DNA of 54,597 nt, the filler included, from Squatina squatina (taxonomy: Eukaryota): the NCBI GenBank assembly GCA_031763465.1. It is 3 parts of 3 records of this genome, joined end to end, with 100 filler letters (N's around TTAATTAATTAA, not from the genome) between each part and the next. Parts side by side here need not be neighbours in the genome. Positions count along the whole stretch, not along the records: positions 1 to 17,706 come from JARFOE010000234.1; 2 more parts are not named here. One strand, 5' to 3'. This document shows positions 1 to 12,869 of this stretch, piece by piece. The first letter of the stretch is position 1, and the number at the start of each line of letters is the position of its first letter. Position numbers and translations under genes: made by a program. Under the pieces are notes generated by a model. The model saw nothing but the letters and a program-made list of their open reading frames with translations. It was not told where the DNA came from and did no database searches.

Positions 1-343
1 CTGCGGCAACTCGCCAAGGCTTCTTCGACAGCACATCCCAAACCTGTGACATCTACCACCTAGGAGGACAAGGGCAGCAGGCACATGCGAGCACCATCAC
101 CTGCAAGTTCCCCTCCAAGTTATGCACCATCCTGACTTGGAAATATATCACCTATCCTTCATCATCACTGGGTCAAAATCCTGGAACTCCTTCCCTAATA
201 GCACTATGGGAGTACCTTCACCACACGGACTGCAGTGATACAAGAAGGTGGCTCAACACCATCTTCTCACGGGTAATTAAGAAGGGGCAATAAATGCTGG
301 CCTTGCCAATGTCGCCCACATCCCAGGAATGAATTAAAAAAAA
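1..343 (+). mobile_element. 3' end of a non-LTR retrotransposon (CR1/L2 group) with A-rich tail
   Basis: Ends aataaatgctggccttgccaatgtcgcccacatcccaggaatgaattaaaaaaaa; a reverse-complement copy lies at about 45393-45590. Confidence 0.8.
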
Positions 344-570
344 GCAACTACTCTTCTACAGACAAGTATTATAAATTGATCAGCTCCACTTTGTTGTTTA
401 CACGTATTGAGTTGGATATAGTCCATCAGATCTCAGGATTACCATGGCAATACTAAAAAATTCCAAATAAAATTTTAATGCACTGGTGGAAATGCTTCTT
501 CTTTATACTTTGAAAGCACAATAAATTTAGATTGCCCATAAATGCTACTTTGTTTTTCTTCAATACTCAC

Positions 571-650
571 CCATACTAGTTAGAAGGTCAATATACACAG
601 TTTGTAAGGTTTTCATCTTTCCCCCCTTGCTGCTGGTTTGGAAATCTTTG
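571..650 (-). other. Possible 80-nt exon (KDFQTSSKGGKMKTLQTVYIDLLTSM), gene unknown
   Basis: Acceptor ...ttcctctggttctag| and donor |gtgagt; one open frame; no recognised homology. Confidence 0.25.
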
Positions 651-3559
651 CTAGAACCAGAGGAAAAACTGAATACAATGGAAATAGTTTTGTAGTTTTA
701 CACTACAAAATTCATTGGTTCCTAATTTTCAACAGCATTGTGAACAAACAGTGCAACTTCTTTAAAGTTCAAACCTCCGAAAGGCAGCATCTTTAAAAGT
801 ATCTACTGTCTGCAAAAACAATTTAAATTTAAAATCAAATACAACCATCATTGTTGTAAAACAACCCTTATATATATTTAATAAAAACCTCAGTTTGTTT
901 AAAAATGCTTTTACATGATGTAAATTCATTATCTATAATTCAGTTGAAATAATGATATTATTACCTTTCATAGTTATATTTTATTGAAACTAGTAAATCC
1001 TGTAGAAAACACAGAGGTCCAGGAAATTTTAGTAGATTTTCTTAGAATTTTAATATGCAACTTTTGTAGGACTGAAAAATGTTACCGCTATAATTTGGAG
1101 CTTTTCAAACACATTTATCTTTCTACAAGGACCAACATGATTTATACTGCCTGACAAAACACGTTCCTTTTACATGCATATAGATAGAAGACAAAATCTT
1201 AAAATATGGACTGTGTTTATATTTTAGGAAGTCATTAGCAGATTATATTCCTNNNNNNNNNNNNNNNNNNNNNNNNNNNNNNNNNNNNNNNNNNNNNNNN
1301 NNNNNNNNNNNNNNNNNNNNNNNNNNNNNNNNNNNNNNNNNNNNNNNNNNNNNNNNNNNNNNNNNNNNNNNNNNNNNNNNNNNNTATTCACAGCTAACCA
1401 TGGAATTTCGGGGACAAAGTCTTTTAAAAATTAAGTAAGAGCCCCTGGCAGAAAGACTCAAAAGAGGTTTTTTGAGCTGCCAAAAAGAAGAATGCACCAA
1501 TCACATCATAATGAATTTCAGTTGCGCAGCTGTCTGTGAAAGGAGGCCCATATAACTCAAAAGCAAATCAGTGACAAATCACACTGCCATTTGTTTCAGC
1601 TCAAGCTGTCCTGCTGATGAGCCTGCTGTTTATATTGTCTCCTGAGGCTAGGGATACAGTGAATAGGAGGAAGGATAAGCTCAGGGAAAAATAACATGGG
1701 CTGCGCTAAGCATCTTTCTTAAGATTTCCAGCATTATTTCTGTTTCACATTTCCCAAAGATTGCAAGAACTAAGTGCTAGAAGCAGTAGTATGAACAATT
1801 CTTCATTAAAGTATGCTTGCTTGCCATTTTTAATGTGTGTAATGGTTTACTATAATGCCTGAAAATAGCCTCAAGAAGATTTGAATTACCTAATGTTGTA
1901 GAACAGGTATGAACGCAGATAGATTGCCTACATTATTAATTTTGATTTAGTGCCTTGCAAGGATGGGCTGAACATATATAGACACACAAGGCCCAGGTGC
2001 ATGCAAGTAAAACATTCACATGAATGTCATAAAGCACTGCTGCCTTAACTACAGAGTCCCCTTCTTTATTTACCTTTCTGGGAACAATCTCCTTTGAAGA
2101 AATAAGACTGAATCTTCTTTATATATAATTACTCGTTATCCCACACTAATATTTGGGAATGATTTTCAAATCAGTAACAGTTAGGGAAGGTAAAATCTTA
2201 AGGGACTTAAACAAATGATTTTTTAAAGTCAATGTTTAGAATATGTATGTAAGCCATTTTATAGATTTTATTTGGCAGGATTTAGCTAAAACAAACACTA
2301 TAGATGAGCCAATAATCCTTTCACTTGAAAGACGAAAAGGCCCTAAAGAGTGAAAAGGCCATCTCACTCTTTANNNNNNNNNNNNNNNNNNNNNNNNNNN
2401 NNNNNNNNNNNNNNNNNNNNNNNNNNNNNNNNNNNNNNNNNNNNNNNNNNNNNNNNNNNNNNNNNNNNNNNNNNNNNNNNNNNNNNNNNTTTAGCGAGGC
2501 ATCCTTCATTGTATTAGGAGGAATAAAATGAACGAGGAAACACAACACGATTAAAGATAATCTACTAAATTAATAATGAAAAAGTATCCTCTGTAGTTTC
2601 ATGGTCACTCATAAGAAGAACTGCTCTCAGCTCTCGTGTGAGAAAAAGATTGACAAATTTGAGATCAAACCTGTTAGCGGCAATAATGCTGGACAGTATG
2701 GCACTTTCTTTTGGTCCAAGGGCATCTTGGAGGAGAAAGAGGGATCCCCAGGTCATATTGTGAAGGATGAGGTATGCGTTTGGTGCCACGTTAGGACAGA
2801 GATAAAGTGGTTTGAGAATTGGTTGTACATGAACTTCTGACAGCCCAAATGAGCTTTTCATGAACTACCAATGACTGTTGTAGAAAAGTGGACTTGGAGG
2901 TTAGAATAACAAATGAGATTTGAAAAAAGGTAAAGGAGAAGGCTAAGTAAAGAATCCACAGAGGAAGCAAGCTCAATTTCCTCAAGCTGAAAGAAGATTG
3001 ACTACAGCCTTAAAGAGGCAACTTCATGGCCATCATCAGTGTGAACATTACAATAACTGAAGTAACTGAATGAAAAATAAATGTGCACAAAAAAACATTT
3101 ATAACATGCTTAAATTAGGGTGTTTTGGGGAGTCAAACAATTTCCTGAAAATGCTTTTAATTTTATGAAGTCACAAACTAACATTTAGAAGTACTAAATT
3201 GTTAGGTTCCTTCAGTGAAGAGTTAGCTCACCTAATCATCAAGCACAACTGCTGCCAATTCTGGGTGACATAACTGCGAGAAACTTGGTGCTGGGTAATA
3301 AATCTCTGCATATACCTCTTTTATACCCGACTGGATTGCTGAATGATGCAGAGTAATGGAGATTTATCCTATATCTAACTGGTGCTATATCATCCACATA
3401 AGTGTTTGATATGGAGACTGGTTGTAGAAAGTAGAAATATGTTCCATTGAACCGTACAAGTTTACAGCACAGAAGACGCTCTTCAGCAATTGTCTCTCTG
3501 CCGGCTTTTTGAGAGCAATTCAAAACAAATCCCACTGCTTAATCCATGCCATGAATCTT

Positions 3560-3990
3560 CTGCTGCTTCAAATTTTCCCTTAAAAAATGCAATGGTCTCT
3601 GTCTCAACTACTCCCTGTGGCAAAGCATTCATTACTCTGAAGCACTGCAAAATATAATTTTCCTAACTGCTGTCCTCAATCCCTTGGGAACAATTTTAAA
3701 TTGATGTCCTCCTCATCACTGTATCCCCAACTAGAGTAAATAGTCTTACCCTATTCACTCCATAAATACCTTCATAATTTTAAATACCACTATTAAATCT
3801 CTTCTTAGTCTTCACTGTTCCATGGAAACAGTCCCAGTATTTCAATTAACACCAGTTACTGTCATGCCAAATTTATACTGTACATTCTTTGAGGCCCTTT
3901 TTATAAAGCTGCACATAGTGCTCTAACTGTAGCTTAACCATTGTCTTACGCAAATTATTACTTCTTTTCTCTTGAACTCTATACCCCTAT
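3560..3990 (-). mobile_element. Old degenerate CR1-like LINE 3' fragment
   Basis: Resembles the reverse strand of CR1 3' ends elsewhere in the window (ccttcataattttaaataccactattaaatctc...). Confidence 0.45.
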
Positions 3991-4589
3991 TTCTAAAATC
4001 AAAATGCCCCCAGCATTTATGTCTCTAATTAACTACGCTCATGCTTTCAAGGAATTATGGGGGAGAAATTTGGGACCACCCCATTTGGGGCTTAACTTTT
4101 AAAAGTAGAAAAATTTAGCACCAGGCACTAATTTTTTTCTACTTTNNNNNNNNNNNNNNNNNNNNNNNNNNNNNNNNNNNNNNNNNNNNNNNNNNNNNNN
4201 NNNNNNNNNNNNNNNNNNNNNNNNNNNNNNNNNNNNNNNNNNNNNTATGAAGTAAACTTACACTTATTTTGCGAATAGTCATTTGAACACTAAATGCAAA
4301 AAATTTACTCGATAAAAGATACAAGAACTCTTGTTCATATTTGTGGCCTTTTTAGAGTAGTACAGAATGATGAAAATACCAGAATTATAAAAATAGATAT
4401 GAACTCTGAATAACACCAGAAAACAAGTATCTAAGTGCTCTCCATTTCCTGAGGAAACCCCAGTACACTTGCTGCCCAGGGAGACATTACAGCAAGCCAT
4501 GAACCCAGATCTCTTGATTTTATTTTTTCACTCATGAACTGTTACTAATTTCCAAATACCAGTGTTCTTTGTTGCAGGCAAACTATTGC

Positions 4590-5107
4590 CTAGTCCTGCC
4601 AAGGTGGCCTTTGTTGTATCATTTTGGTCTTGCTTTTCTGGACTGGTTTGGCTCTTTGACCGACGTGTCTCTCAGAGTTGCACTGCTTAAAGGGATTGTC
4701 TTGTGAACCTAAAGCTGTATTTATGCGCTTGTTGGTAGAGTTAGATATCCTCAGTGCCCCAGATCGGTGTTGTAGAGGAGCTGTTGTAATGGTAGTTGCT
4801 TCAGCTGTTAAGCTGTTAAACTCTTCCCTTGTTGCTTCATCTCATGGTGTGTGAGCAGCCTCATCAACTTTTACTTTTCCATCTGTTCTTTCCGACTGGG
4901 AGGCACATTGTGATGAATGTCCACCATCAGTTCTTTTCTCCATTCTCTCTTTTCTCAGATTTTGAAGAGTTTCTAGGGCATGATTGAACTCTTCCTTCAA
5001 AGTTTCAAGTTCACTGATCAATGAATCTCATTGTTCTGCGCAATCTTTGAGACAGCATTCCAAGGAAAGGAAGAATTCTTTCCCAAACCTGGATAAAGCC
5101 TCAGCAC
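4590..5107 (-). pseudogene. Terminal-exon-like frame (172 codons, coiled-coil-like, ends RPPWQD*) with two internal TGA stops
   Basis: Acceptor ttttcttctttttaaag| at 5108. Reads AEALSRFGKEFFLSLECCLKDCAEQ*DSLISELETLKEEFNHALETLQNLRKERMEK...AAHTP*DEATREE...MIQQRPPWQD*. TGA at 5028-5030 and 4842-4844. Confidence 0.55.
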
Positions 5108-5429
5108 CTTTAAAAAGAAGAAAAATAGCAACCTATGTTTAAATTAGAGCAGTCATTCCATCCCAAGTGGAACAGTGAGAGAGATTTATTGAGTCCAAAT
5201 TGTCACCAAGAGGAGAAAACATAAATCAGCTATAACTTTGACAGGAACAGGTATGTAGTTGAATGTTTTTACACCTCTGGTTCTCAACAAACCCTTATAG
5301 ACGTAAAGAACAAAATTGGGATTGAGTGCAAAACCACAACAAAACGACCTAAAAATTATAACTCCTACACTGATCATTAAAAGATAGGAAGCAATTTTGT
5401 TAAACAAATCAGTTTGATGGCACCATTCC

Positions 5430-6086
5430 CAAAGCGATGTGCACAGCCTTCAGACCCGGCAGGGAGTGGACCTGGTTGGAGCGCCAGAGCGGGAGGAGGA
5501 TATAAAGCGAGTGCGAGGCGGCAGAGAAGCCTTCAGACCCGGCAGGGAGTGGACCTGGTTAGAGCGCCAAAGCGGGAGGAGGATACTAAGCGAGTGCGAG
5601 ACGGCACAGAGGCCTTCAGACTCGGCGGGGAGTGGACCTGGTTAGAGCGCCAGAGCGGGAGGAGGATGTAAAGCAAGTGCGAGGTGGCAGAGAGGCCTTC
5701 AGGCCCAGCGGGGAGCGGACCTGGTTAGAGTGCCAGAGCGGGAGGAGGATGTAAAGCGATTCTTATCAACACCAGCAGCAGCGTTCCAGAGGTGACGTCA
5801 CAACTCAGTGACGCGGGGCAAGAGGAGGCAGCTGATTGGGTAAGTACAGTCAGGCGAGTATTTATACTATTCTACAGCTTAGCAGTTAAAGTCTATAGCT
5901 TGTAAGGTCTATAGTTTGTAGTGGGGAGTGCTTAGTGAATTAGGGCCTTTGAGTAATTAATACTCCTTGATTTTAAGGGTAATCTAAGGGATTAATTTAA
6001 AGGGTAAGTCATGGCAGGACAGCTCGGCCATGTGGAATGCTCCTCCTGTGCAATGTGGAAAGCCAGGGACATTTCCAGTGTCCAGG
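5430..6086 (+). mobile_element. CR1 LINE 5' end: 5'UTR plus ORF1 start
   Basis: ORF from 6011 MAGQLGHVECSSCAMWKARDISSVQ matches the CxxC-MW N-terminal zinc-finger pattern of fish/shark CR1 ORF1; cut by a gap. Confidence 0.7.
5447..5760 (+). repeat. 83-bp tandem repeat, about 3.8 copies, GC-rich
   Basis: The ccttcag... unit restarts at 5447, 5530, 5613 and 5696. Confidence 0.95.
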
Positions 6087-7869
6087 NNNNNNNNNNNNNN
6101 NNNNNNNNNNNNNNNNNNNNNNNNNNNNNNNNNNNNNNNNNNNNNNNNNNNNNNNNNNNNNNNNNNNNNNNNNNNNNNNNNNNNNNACCTTTGGAGAAGC
6201 ACCGCCACAGAATGGACAGAGCCACTTACATCCTACTGCTTCATTATGTGATAATTTAACACTCCAATGGGCTGTACAAAGGCGGCTCTTGTATTGCTTC
6301 TTTAATTTATTCACAAACACACTTACCACCAAATCCTTCAACAAAGAATTTTATGATGATCACGCTTGTGCTTATTACAAAAAATACAAAATCTACAAAA
6401 TATTAAACCATAATTAATTAAAATGTCTTAGTAACCATCGATAGATTGTAATTTATTGCCTTCGTAATCTTAAGAAATACATATTAGCATTTTCACACTG
6501 AAACCCAAGGGTTTCATTTTCTACAGATACTAGCTTGGATTCAAGGGCTAAGCTATTATTTTATATATTTTAGTTCCACAACAATTAGCAGTGCCACTTA
6601 TATACTAATATTAATGCATGATATGACTTCTGACCCACTAAAGTATTCAAACCACCATTTAATGCTGTAGTGCTAGGGAGGAACAGCTGCCCACAGCTGA
6701 ACTGAGTCCATGACCATTCCCCAAGGTATTTTTTATTTTTTATTAAGCTGCAGATTAGTTGGAATCTGGTAGGGTGAATTCCGAGACTCATAACATCATG
6801 AGCAAGAGTCCTTTTCCAGTAAAAGAACATAAATTTAAAAACTTCCCTCACACAAAGAATTTGGTGGGATCTTCCAGCTGTTGTTGGGCAAATATATTAA
6901 AAACTGGCACAAGTTTATAAAACTATTATGCAATTGTGAGTAGCACTGCTCTACCCTCTGTTTACAATGCTTCACTCCCTCCAAAGCTAAACCTTTAACA
7001 GTTGCTAAAATAAGAAAATATGCATCATTGGCAAAAACAAATCTTAGCTTCCTGGGTAATGATATAAAGTAAGGACTCAAATCAATTATAAAGTACCACA
7101 CTTTTATATTTAAGGCAAAATGCATTATTTTTCAGGCATCATCAGAAGTGTTGGAAACATCCAGGGCTGAACTTTGAAGTCTGTTACATTTAGTCAATAA
7201 CCAGGTGTATGACATGATGGAGTGCACTTCATGAATAATTTAGCATGAGAATAATTTACAACTAGATAGTCAAGATACAGGTTGAAATAGTGTACTCAAA
7301 AGTGCAATCTATGAAAACTGGAAACTGTCATTGCAAATTTGTTCCAGTTGGAAACTAACAGGTCAGCTCCTTGACATACAGCATTTTTTTCCATCAGACA
7401 CTTCAAAGTCACTGCCTCGGCAGTTAGTGGTGAATACAGCAGAGCTGAAAAAATTGGATTCTACAAAAAATCAACAGCCATAAAGGTCACAGACACAGCT
7501 GCACAACTTGAGCTGCATCTCCAGCATTCAATTGTGATTATTGTCATCAGTTCAGTTTTACGCTTACTAACATTGATCCAGTAAACTCTTGTGCTGTGAA
7601 ACTCTCATACAGGTGTGTTCATGAAGGTAATTCAAAAAATTTGGATTGCCATAGTTATTTGTATTCTGTGGAGTTTAGTGAAACAGCTGCATGTAAATTA
7701 TAGACTCCAAAGAAGAACTGAACAACCTGTATAATTTTAATGTTTGTATTAGTGCGCAAGGTTGTGCAGNNNNNNNNNNNNNNNNNNNNNNNNNNNNNNN
7801 NNNNNNNNNNNNNNNNNNNNNNNNNNNNNNNNNNNNNNNNNNNNNNNNNNNNNNNNNNNNNNNNNNNNN

Positions 7870-8140
7870 GAGCTCGGCAATTCAGGAGCGAAGTCAGGAA
7901 GCGCTTTTTCACCCACAGGGTAGTATAATTTTGGAATTCCCTGTCTTAAAAGGCTGTCGATACTAGGATAACTGGAGTTTTCAATACTGAGATAGATTTT
8001 TATTCGATCAGTGCACCAAGAAGATGGAGCAATACGAGAAAGTGGAGTTGAGGTGCAGATCAGCGATGATCTAATTGAATGGCAGAGCAGGCCTGAGGGG
8101 CTGAATAGCCTTCTCCTGTTCCTATTGTTCCTATGTCCCT
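7870..8140 (+). mobile_element. CR1 LINE 3' end
   Basis: Encodes ..QFRSEVRKRFFTHRVV; tail ggcagagcaggcctgaggggctgaatagccttctcctgttcctat followed by ttcctatg repeats. Confidence 0.85.
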
Positions 8141-9060
8141 AACTTTCAGACAGCCCTTTAAATAGCCGTACAGCACTCTTCCCTCAAACAGGCGGGACAC
8201 TNNNNNNNNNNGTTGTAAGACCTCATTGCACTTTCAGGGAGCTATGAGTGAAGCAGTCGTGGCTAATGCCAGTGGCACTTTCTCCTGGTGCTGAGAGGCC
8301 TAACCGTCATTCGTTAAAGGGATCACTCACAAGGAGGCCTCTCACAAAAGGTAAGTTTTTGGGTTTTTTCAGATTTTTGTGGGGCCAGGAGGAGCAGGAG
8401 TGCTCTTCTAGACCCCATAAAAATCTTTGGCCGACCCATTCTTGTCCCCATCCACAGCATCCACTTCCCCTTTACCTGCCAGCCAGCTGCGTGGGGTAGC
8501 CAGCCAAATCTTCTCCTCAGGACGCTCAGGCCAACCGCCTGCCATGCTGAGTAGGTGCTGCGGGAGCACTACCAACATTCCTCCCACTCGGAGCCCGACC
8601 TGTGACTTAAAATGAATTACATTTTTATTTTTTCATCATGTGCTGCATAATTACAGAATGCATGCAGGAAGAAAATGAACAGCCAATCCATTCTATGTTG
8701 ACGAAAACCATTATAACTCACTTGTAACTTAGCATCACTGATATAATTAGTTACAAGTTCTTTCTCATATGTATGATAATGTTAGTATTTGTTTTATTAT
8801 CCATTGTGTATCCTTTACTTATAATCAATTTACAATGATATTTAGACCATTAAGTGATCAAATGTAACATCCACAGGAAATTAAATAAGGAAGTCATTAT
8901 GACCAATCACAGTTCATAGCCCAGCTGTATACCTAGTCATACAATTGCTATAATATTTAAATATCATCTTCAAAGTATCCTAAATTTGAGAATAGTGTTT
9001 TGGTGAAACAAACCTTCTTTCAGCTGCGACTAGTATGATTTTGATTGGCTTTCATCTTAC

Positions 9061-9175
9061 TGTTTCGCATTTTTGCAGTCTTTTTTGAAGTGCTTGACAC
9101 ATTCCAATAAGCTGCATCAGTTCGGCTCATGAAACTGGTACTTCAGATGTGGGACTTTCAAACTGTAATAAGGAT
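9061..9175 (-). pseudogene. Exon-like segment with an in-frame TGA (SLLQFESPTSEVPVS*AELMQLIGMCQALQKRLQKCET)
   Basis: Acceptor cctctccacag| and donor |gtaaga; all three frames are stopped; the coiled-coil-like frame has one TGA at 9127-9129. Confidence 0.35.
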
Positions 9176-9642
9176 CTGTGGAGAGGTCAACATTAATATA
9201 CCATGTAAAATGTATCTAATTGTTGGAGACCATTTCTATAGCCCAATGCATCATGCCAAAATTTTACATTCACTGCTCAATGGGGCATTGTTTTGACAGC
9301 ATGAGGTAATATCCACACATACAGTGTATAAAAATGTTTTTATTTATTAATCCTTCTTACTACTAGGAGAAAACAAGTAGTTATTTATGATCCTGTTAAT
9401 TTATATTAGAAAATACCACTTAAGAAGTCAGCCAAATACAAAACGTCGACACTAAACTAAGCAAAATAATGTTAATTTCCAGCCCAGTCATCCATTTCTG
9501 AAGGTAACTGCATTTTACTGTTTTTTTAGTGTAAATTACATAGATAATAATTAGGGAATCTGTTGGTTAACATTGCAAATAAAACGTTAAACATGCTAAT
9601 ACTTACGAAAATTATAAATGCTATAAATGCTAAATGCAAGCG

Positions 9643-9697
9643 CCAGTCTTGGCTCAGTGGTAGCACACTCACCACTGAGTCAGAAATCCGTGGGTTC
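9643..9697 (+). mobile_element. tRNA-derived SINE head
   Basis: A box tggctcagtgg and B-box start gggttc; truncated by a gap. Confidence 0.7.
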
Positions 9698-10504
9698 NNN
9701 NNNNNNNNNNNNNNNNNNNNNNNNNNNNNNNNNNNNNNNNNNNNNNNNNNNNNNNNNNNNNNNNNNNNNNNNNNNNNNNNNNNNNNNNNNNNNNNNNTTG
9801 AACTGCTCCTCTGCAATACCATTCTGTAATAAGGAGAGCAGCTTAAGGTGATTTTCTCTAGGACTGTTCTTCCTAGCCCATTGGAAAGAACATGCATACA
9901 GGATTTAGGGTGTACCAATCTATAGCACAATACATTGGATCCCCAATATGCTAACTACTGCACTGCCATTTTGGAGGCGGAGTGGTAATTTTAGTGATGG
10001 ATGTCCATGGTTGGGAAACATGGATTTTTTTTTCCTTTTTAACTTCCAATGTCAACAGCAAACATTTTCAGGTCAGGCTTCAAAGCCTGCTACTTGATGA
10101 TAAATAAATCTCACCTAAACACAAGATCTTATAAAAAAAAATTAAAAGTACATAATACTTAGCTTATTTATAAAAGTAGATAAAATTATAGTCTGCAAAA
10201 AACATCAGCTACTGGTATATTACTGATAACTAACAAATTGCATTTAATAAGCATCGTCGCCCAAACCAATTGTGCAACTTCTTTGAATCTCGCTATTATA
10301 TATTCATATAGTGATCTGCAGTGCGCCCCTGTTAAAAGAGTATACTGGTGTTTGCATGGGTTTTCAAACACTGACCAGGAGTTTATATACAATAGATGTA
10401 AAGTATAGCATAGGACAAAGCTGGGGANNNNNNNNNNTAAGAGGAAACTTTAAAACAGTTTAGAGAACTGTGATATTTGTGTGATATTTAAAGTGCCTGG
10501 ACCA

Positions 10505-10670
10505 GCAGGGCTAAGTAGCACAGTGGATTAGATCCATTTCTGGGACCTGCGCTTGAATCCACCATAGACCGATGGGAAGAAAGTCTCCCCTCTCTCTGAC
10601 TGGCTTTAAGTGGCTTATGTGAAAGAAGCTTGGGCAATCTCAGTCGATGTTCCTGGTGGATGTGGGCTTA
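10505..10670 (+). mobile_element. LF-SINE-like ancient SINE fragment
   Basis: ctgactggctttaagtggcttatgtgaaagaagcttgggcaatctcagtcgatgttcctggtgga resembles the LF-SINE core as recalled; a tRNA-like B box (ttgaatcc) lies upstream. Confidence 0.55.
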
Positions 10671-11109
10671 CAGTATAACACTTCTCAAAATTTGTTATTA
10701 CTTTTGTGAAATACACTCCCCAATTTAGCAAAAAGAGTTTATGACCGATTTTTAAAGAACTGAATAAATATATGCTTCAGAACAGGACTGAAGAGTATAA
10801 GGAGAATAGATGATATCAACGACCAAATACCATAGGAACGCAATGGAACCACTGCATCATCTGGTTAGAATTGATTGTTGCAAGGTTGGTTTGATAGCAT
10901 GTTTGTTGCTCAATGACTCTTTGGGTTGTGGAGAAATTACAGATAGTTTTATCTCCAGGTTTTGGCTGCCTCCCTCAGGAGATTGGGTGAGGTGAGTAAT
11001 GCCCAATGTAGAGCAAATTGTGCATGAGAAAAATGAGCTGAACGAGCTACTTGGCTTTTTTTCTCATTCCATACTTTCTTATGTTAAAAGAATGAAAACT
11101 TATATTTAC

Positions 11110-11362
11110 ACATCACCTTATCGTGTCTCTCAAAAACATCCACTTCACACTACTTTGAAGTGCTGTGATTGTTATGTAAACCAACACAACTGCCACTTTG
11201 CACACAGTAAGCTCCCAGACACATTTCACCTCCAACAATACAGCACATTCCAAGTATTGCACTGGAGCGTCAGTTTAAATTAAGTCTTGAGCCCTGGGGA
11301 GGTTTCTGAACCCACAACCTTCAAACGCAGAGGTGAGAGTGCTATCAACTGAGCCAAGCTGA
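11110..11362 (-). mobile_element. Deu-domain tRNA-SINE (SacSINE1-like), internally deleted
   Basis: Reverse strand has A box tggctcagttg and B box gggttc; body matches the 33745-33950 copy. Confidence 0.7.
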
Positions 11363-11607
11363 TACATGGTGGTCTTATCAGCGAGTCAGAGAGGCCATAA
11401 AAACAACTGGCAGTAGAAACAAAAATGGCACCCCGTCATAATAGGGACTGCTGTCTGCCACTGGGCTATGGCGCATTATTGTTGCTGCTGTTGGGGAAAG
11501 GTACAGCTTTTTACTTTGCATCTGGCTTTGTTGTACCTGTTGTGAGAGACATTTAAGCAGAAACAGAATGGAGAAAATGTTAAGGTGTTTCATTTCCAGC
11601 ACCTTAC

Positions 11608-11734
11608 CTCTTTTTTCACCGTAATGAGCACAAAGGTCACCACGTGTTTTAAAGACTGGTTGGACTGCACTGCATTGAAAATGGAACCTCAACTTGCAAC
11701 GTTGTGAAAGGTGTGCAGAATATCAAATGATAAT
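11608..11734 (-). pseudogene. Exon-like segment with an in-frame TGA, followed by a 71-nt intron and a next exon from 11536 (VQQSQMQSKKLYLSP...)
   Basis: Acceptor ttttaag| and donor |gtaagg; reads LSFDILHTFHNVAS*GSIFNAVQSNQSLKHVVTFVLITVKKE; next acceptor cacaacag| is in a compatible phase. Confidence 0.3.
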
Positions 11735-12869
11735 CTTAAAATAAAGTTGTTTAAAATAAAGTGTTATATGCTTAATGGAAACAAGCTGCTGTCGATAAAA
11801 ATTTGTGGATTTTTTTTTATTTAATCAACCCTACACCTAATCTCCCAGAGATTTCTTTCTGCTTCCTAACTTCTTATTTGTGCAGCACAATTCTTATATA
11901 TCAACTGGTTGAAAAGATTATTTTTTAATATGCATCGGGAATTTTAAAGATAAGATTCTGATCTCCTGGTATTGCTGTAATATTACAATTTATTAACTAC
12001 CGAGCAACCTCTATAAATACTTAGAACCGAGCCTTTTGTTTTATTTCTAGGAGGGACCACATTAAACTACATAAACAACAGCTATGACTCTTTATCAATC
12101 TCTATAATATAGCCATCAACATTAAAACTGTCAGCTTATAACTACCCAGTGTTATAGCAGACACATTATCAAATTGCTGCTAAGTGACATCATGAGTGAC
12201 TGACGCCAAACACCCTTGCTGGCCAGTGACTGCAAAGGTGTGAAATATCATCTGATGCTCCATTCACAGTGCTTCCTCAAGACTTTGGCCTACTGAAGAG
12301 TTTTTCTACTCAGGTGCTTACTTGGACTTTAAGATATTACTTCCCTCAGACACTGCTGATACTACCCCGAGATTTCGCTCCACTTTTATCATATTCAGAT
12401 TTAAAAGCTCATCCTTTTTTCCTTTCATTATCTGGGAAAAGAAATGAAAACACAGCAACCTTGGAACAAATTATTCTTGAATAAAAAATTAAATTCAGTT
12501 ACTTGGAGGGCAGAAGTGTAACAGGGATGTGGAATGCCAGGAGAACCTTAATTATGGACAAGAATAAGCACATTGATAGCGCATAATCTGCCACGTTCCT
12601 GATGACCCAGCAAGCTTATTAAGTAAGTAACTAATCCGCACAGATAAGGAAGATCACATTTTCAATTTCTAGTCCGTGTAATCTGGGTTGGACAGCTGCC
12701 TTCAATTGCTAGCTTCTCCCTTGTGTTATAGGCTTCCTTTTGAAACAATCATGAAGAGATTGATAATGTTGTGAACATTCCATGGTCCCTACCATTTTTA
12801 GGCAATTGGCTACCCTGCCTCCCAAAACAAGAGTGCAAGAATATTCCACTCACAACTGCGTGTCGGGGA

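Noticed and set aside
2565-2874. 98-aa minus-strand ORF as a coding exon
   Set aside because: Protein-like, but splice sites are weak, a TAG follows the better acceptor, and no homology is recognised; left uncalled.
5447-5760. CRISPR-like array or repeat-protein ORFs
   Set aside because: Contiguous 83-bp tandem units with no unique spacers; vertebrate LINE context; the unit length is not a multiple of 3.
9643-9697. tRNA gene
   Set aside because: Matches the SINE heads elsewhere in the window; no complete cloverleaf visible.
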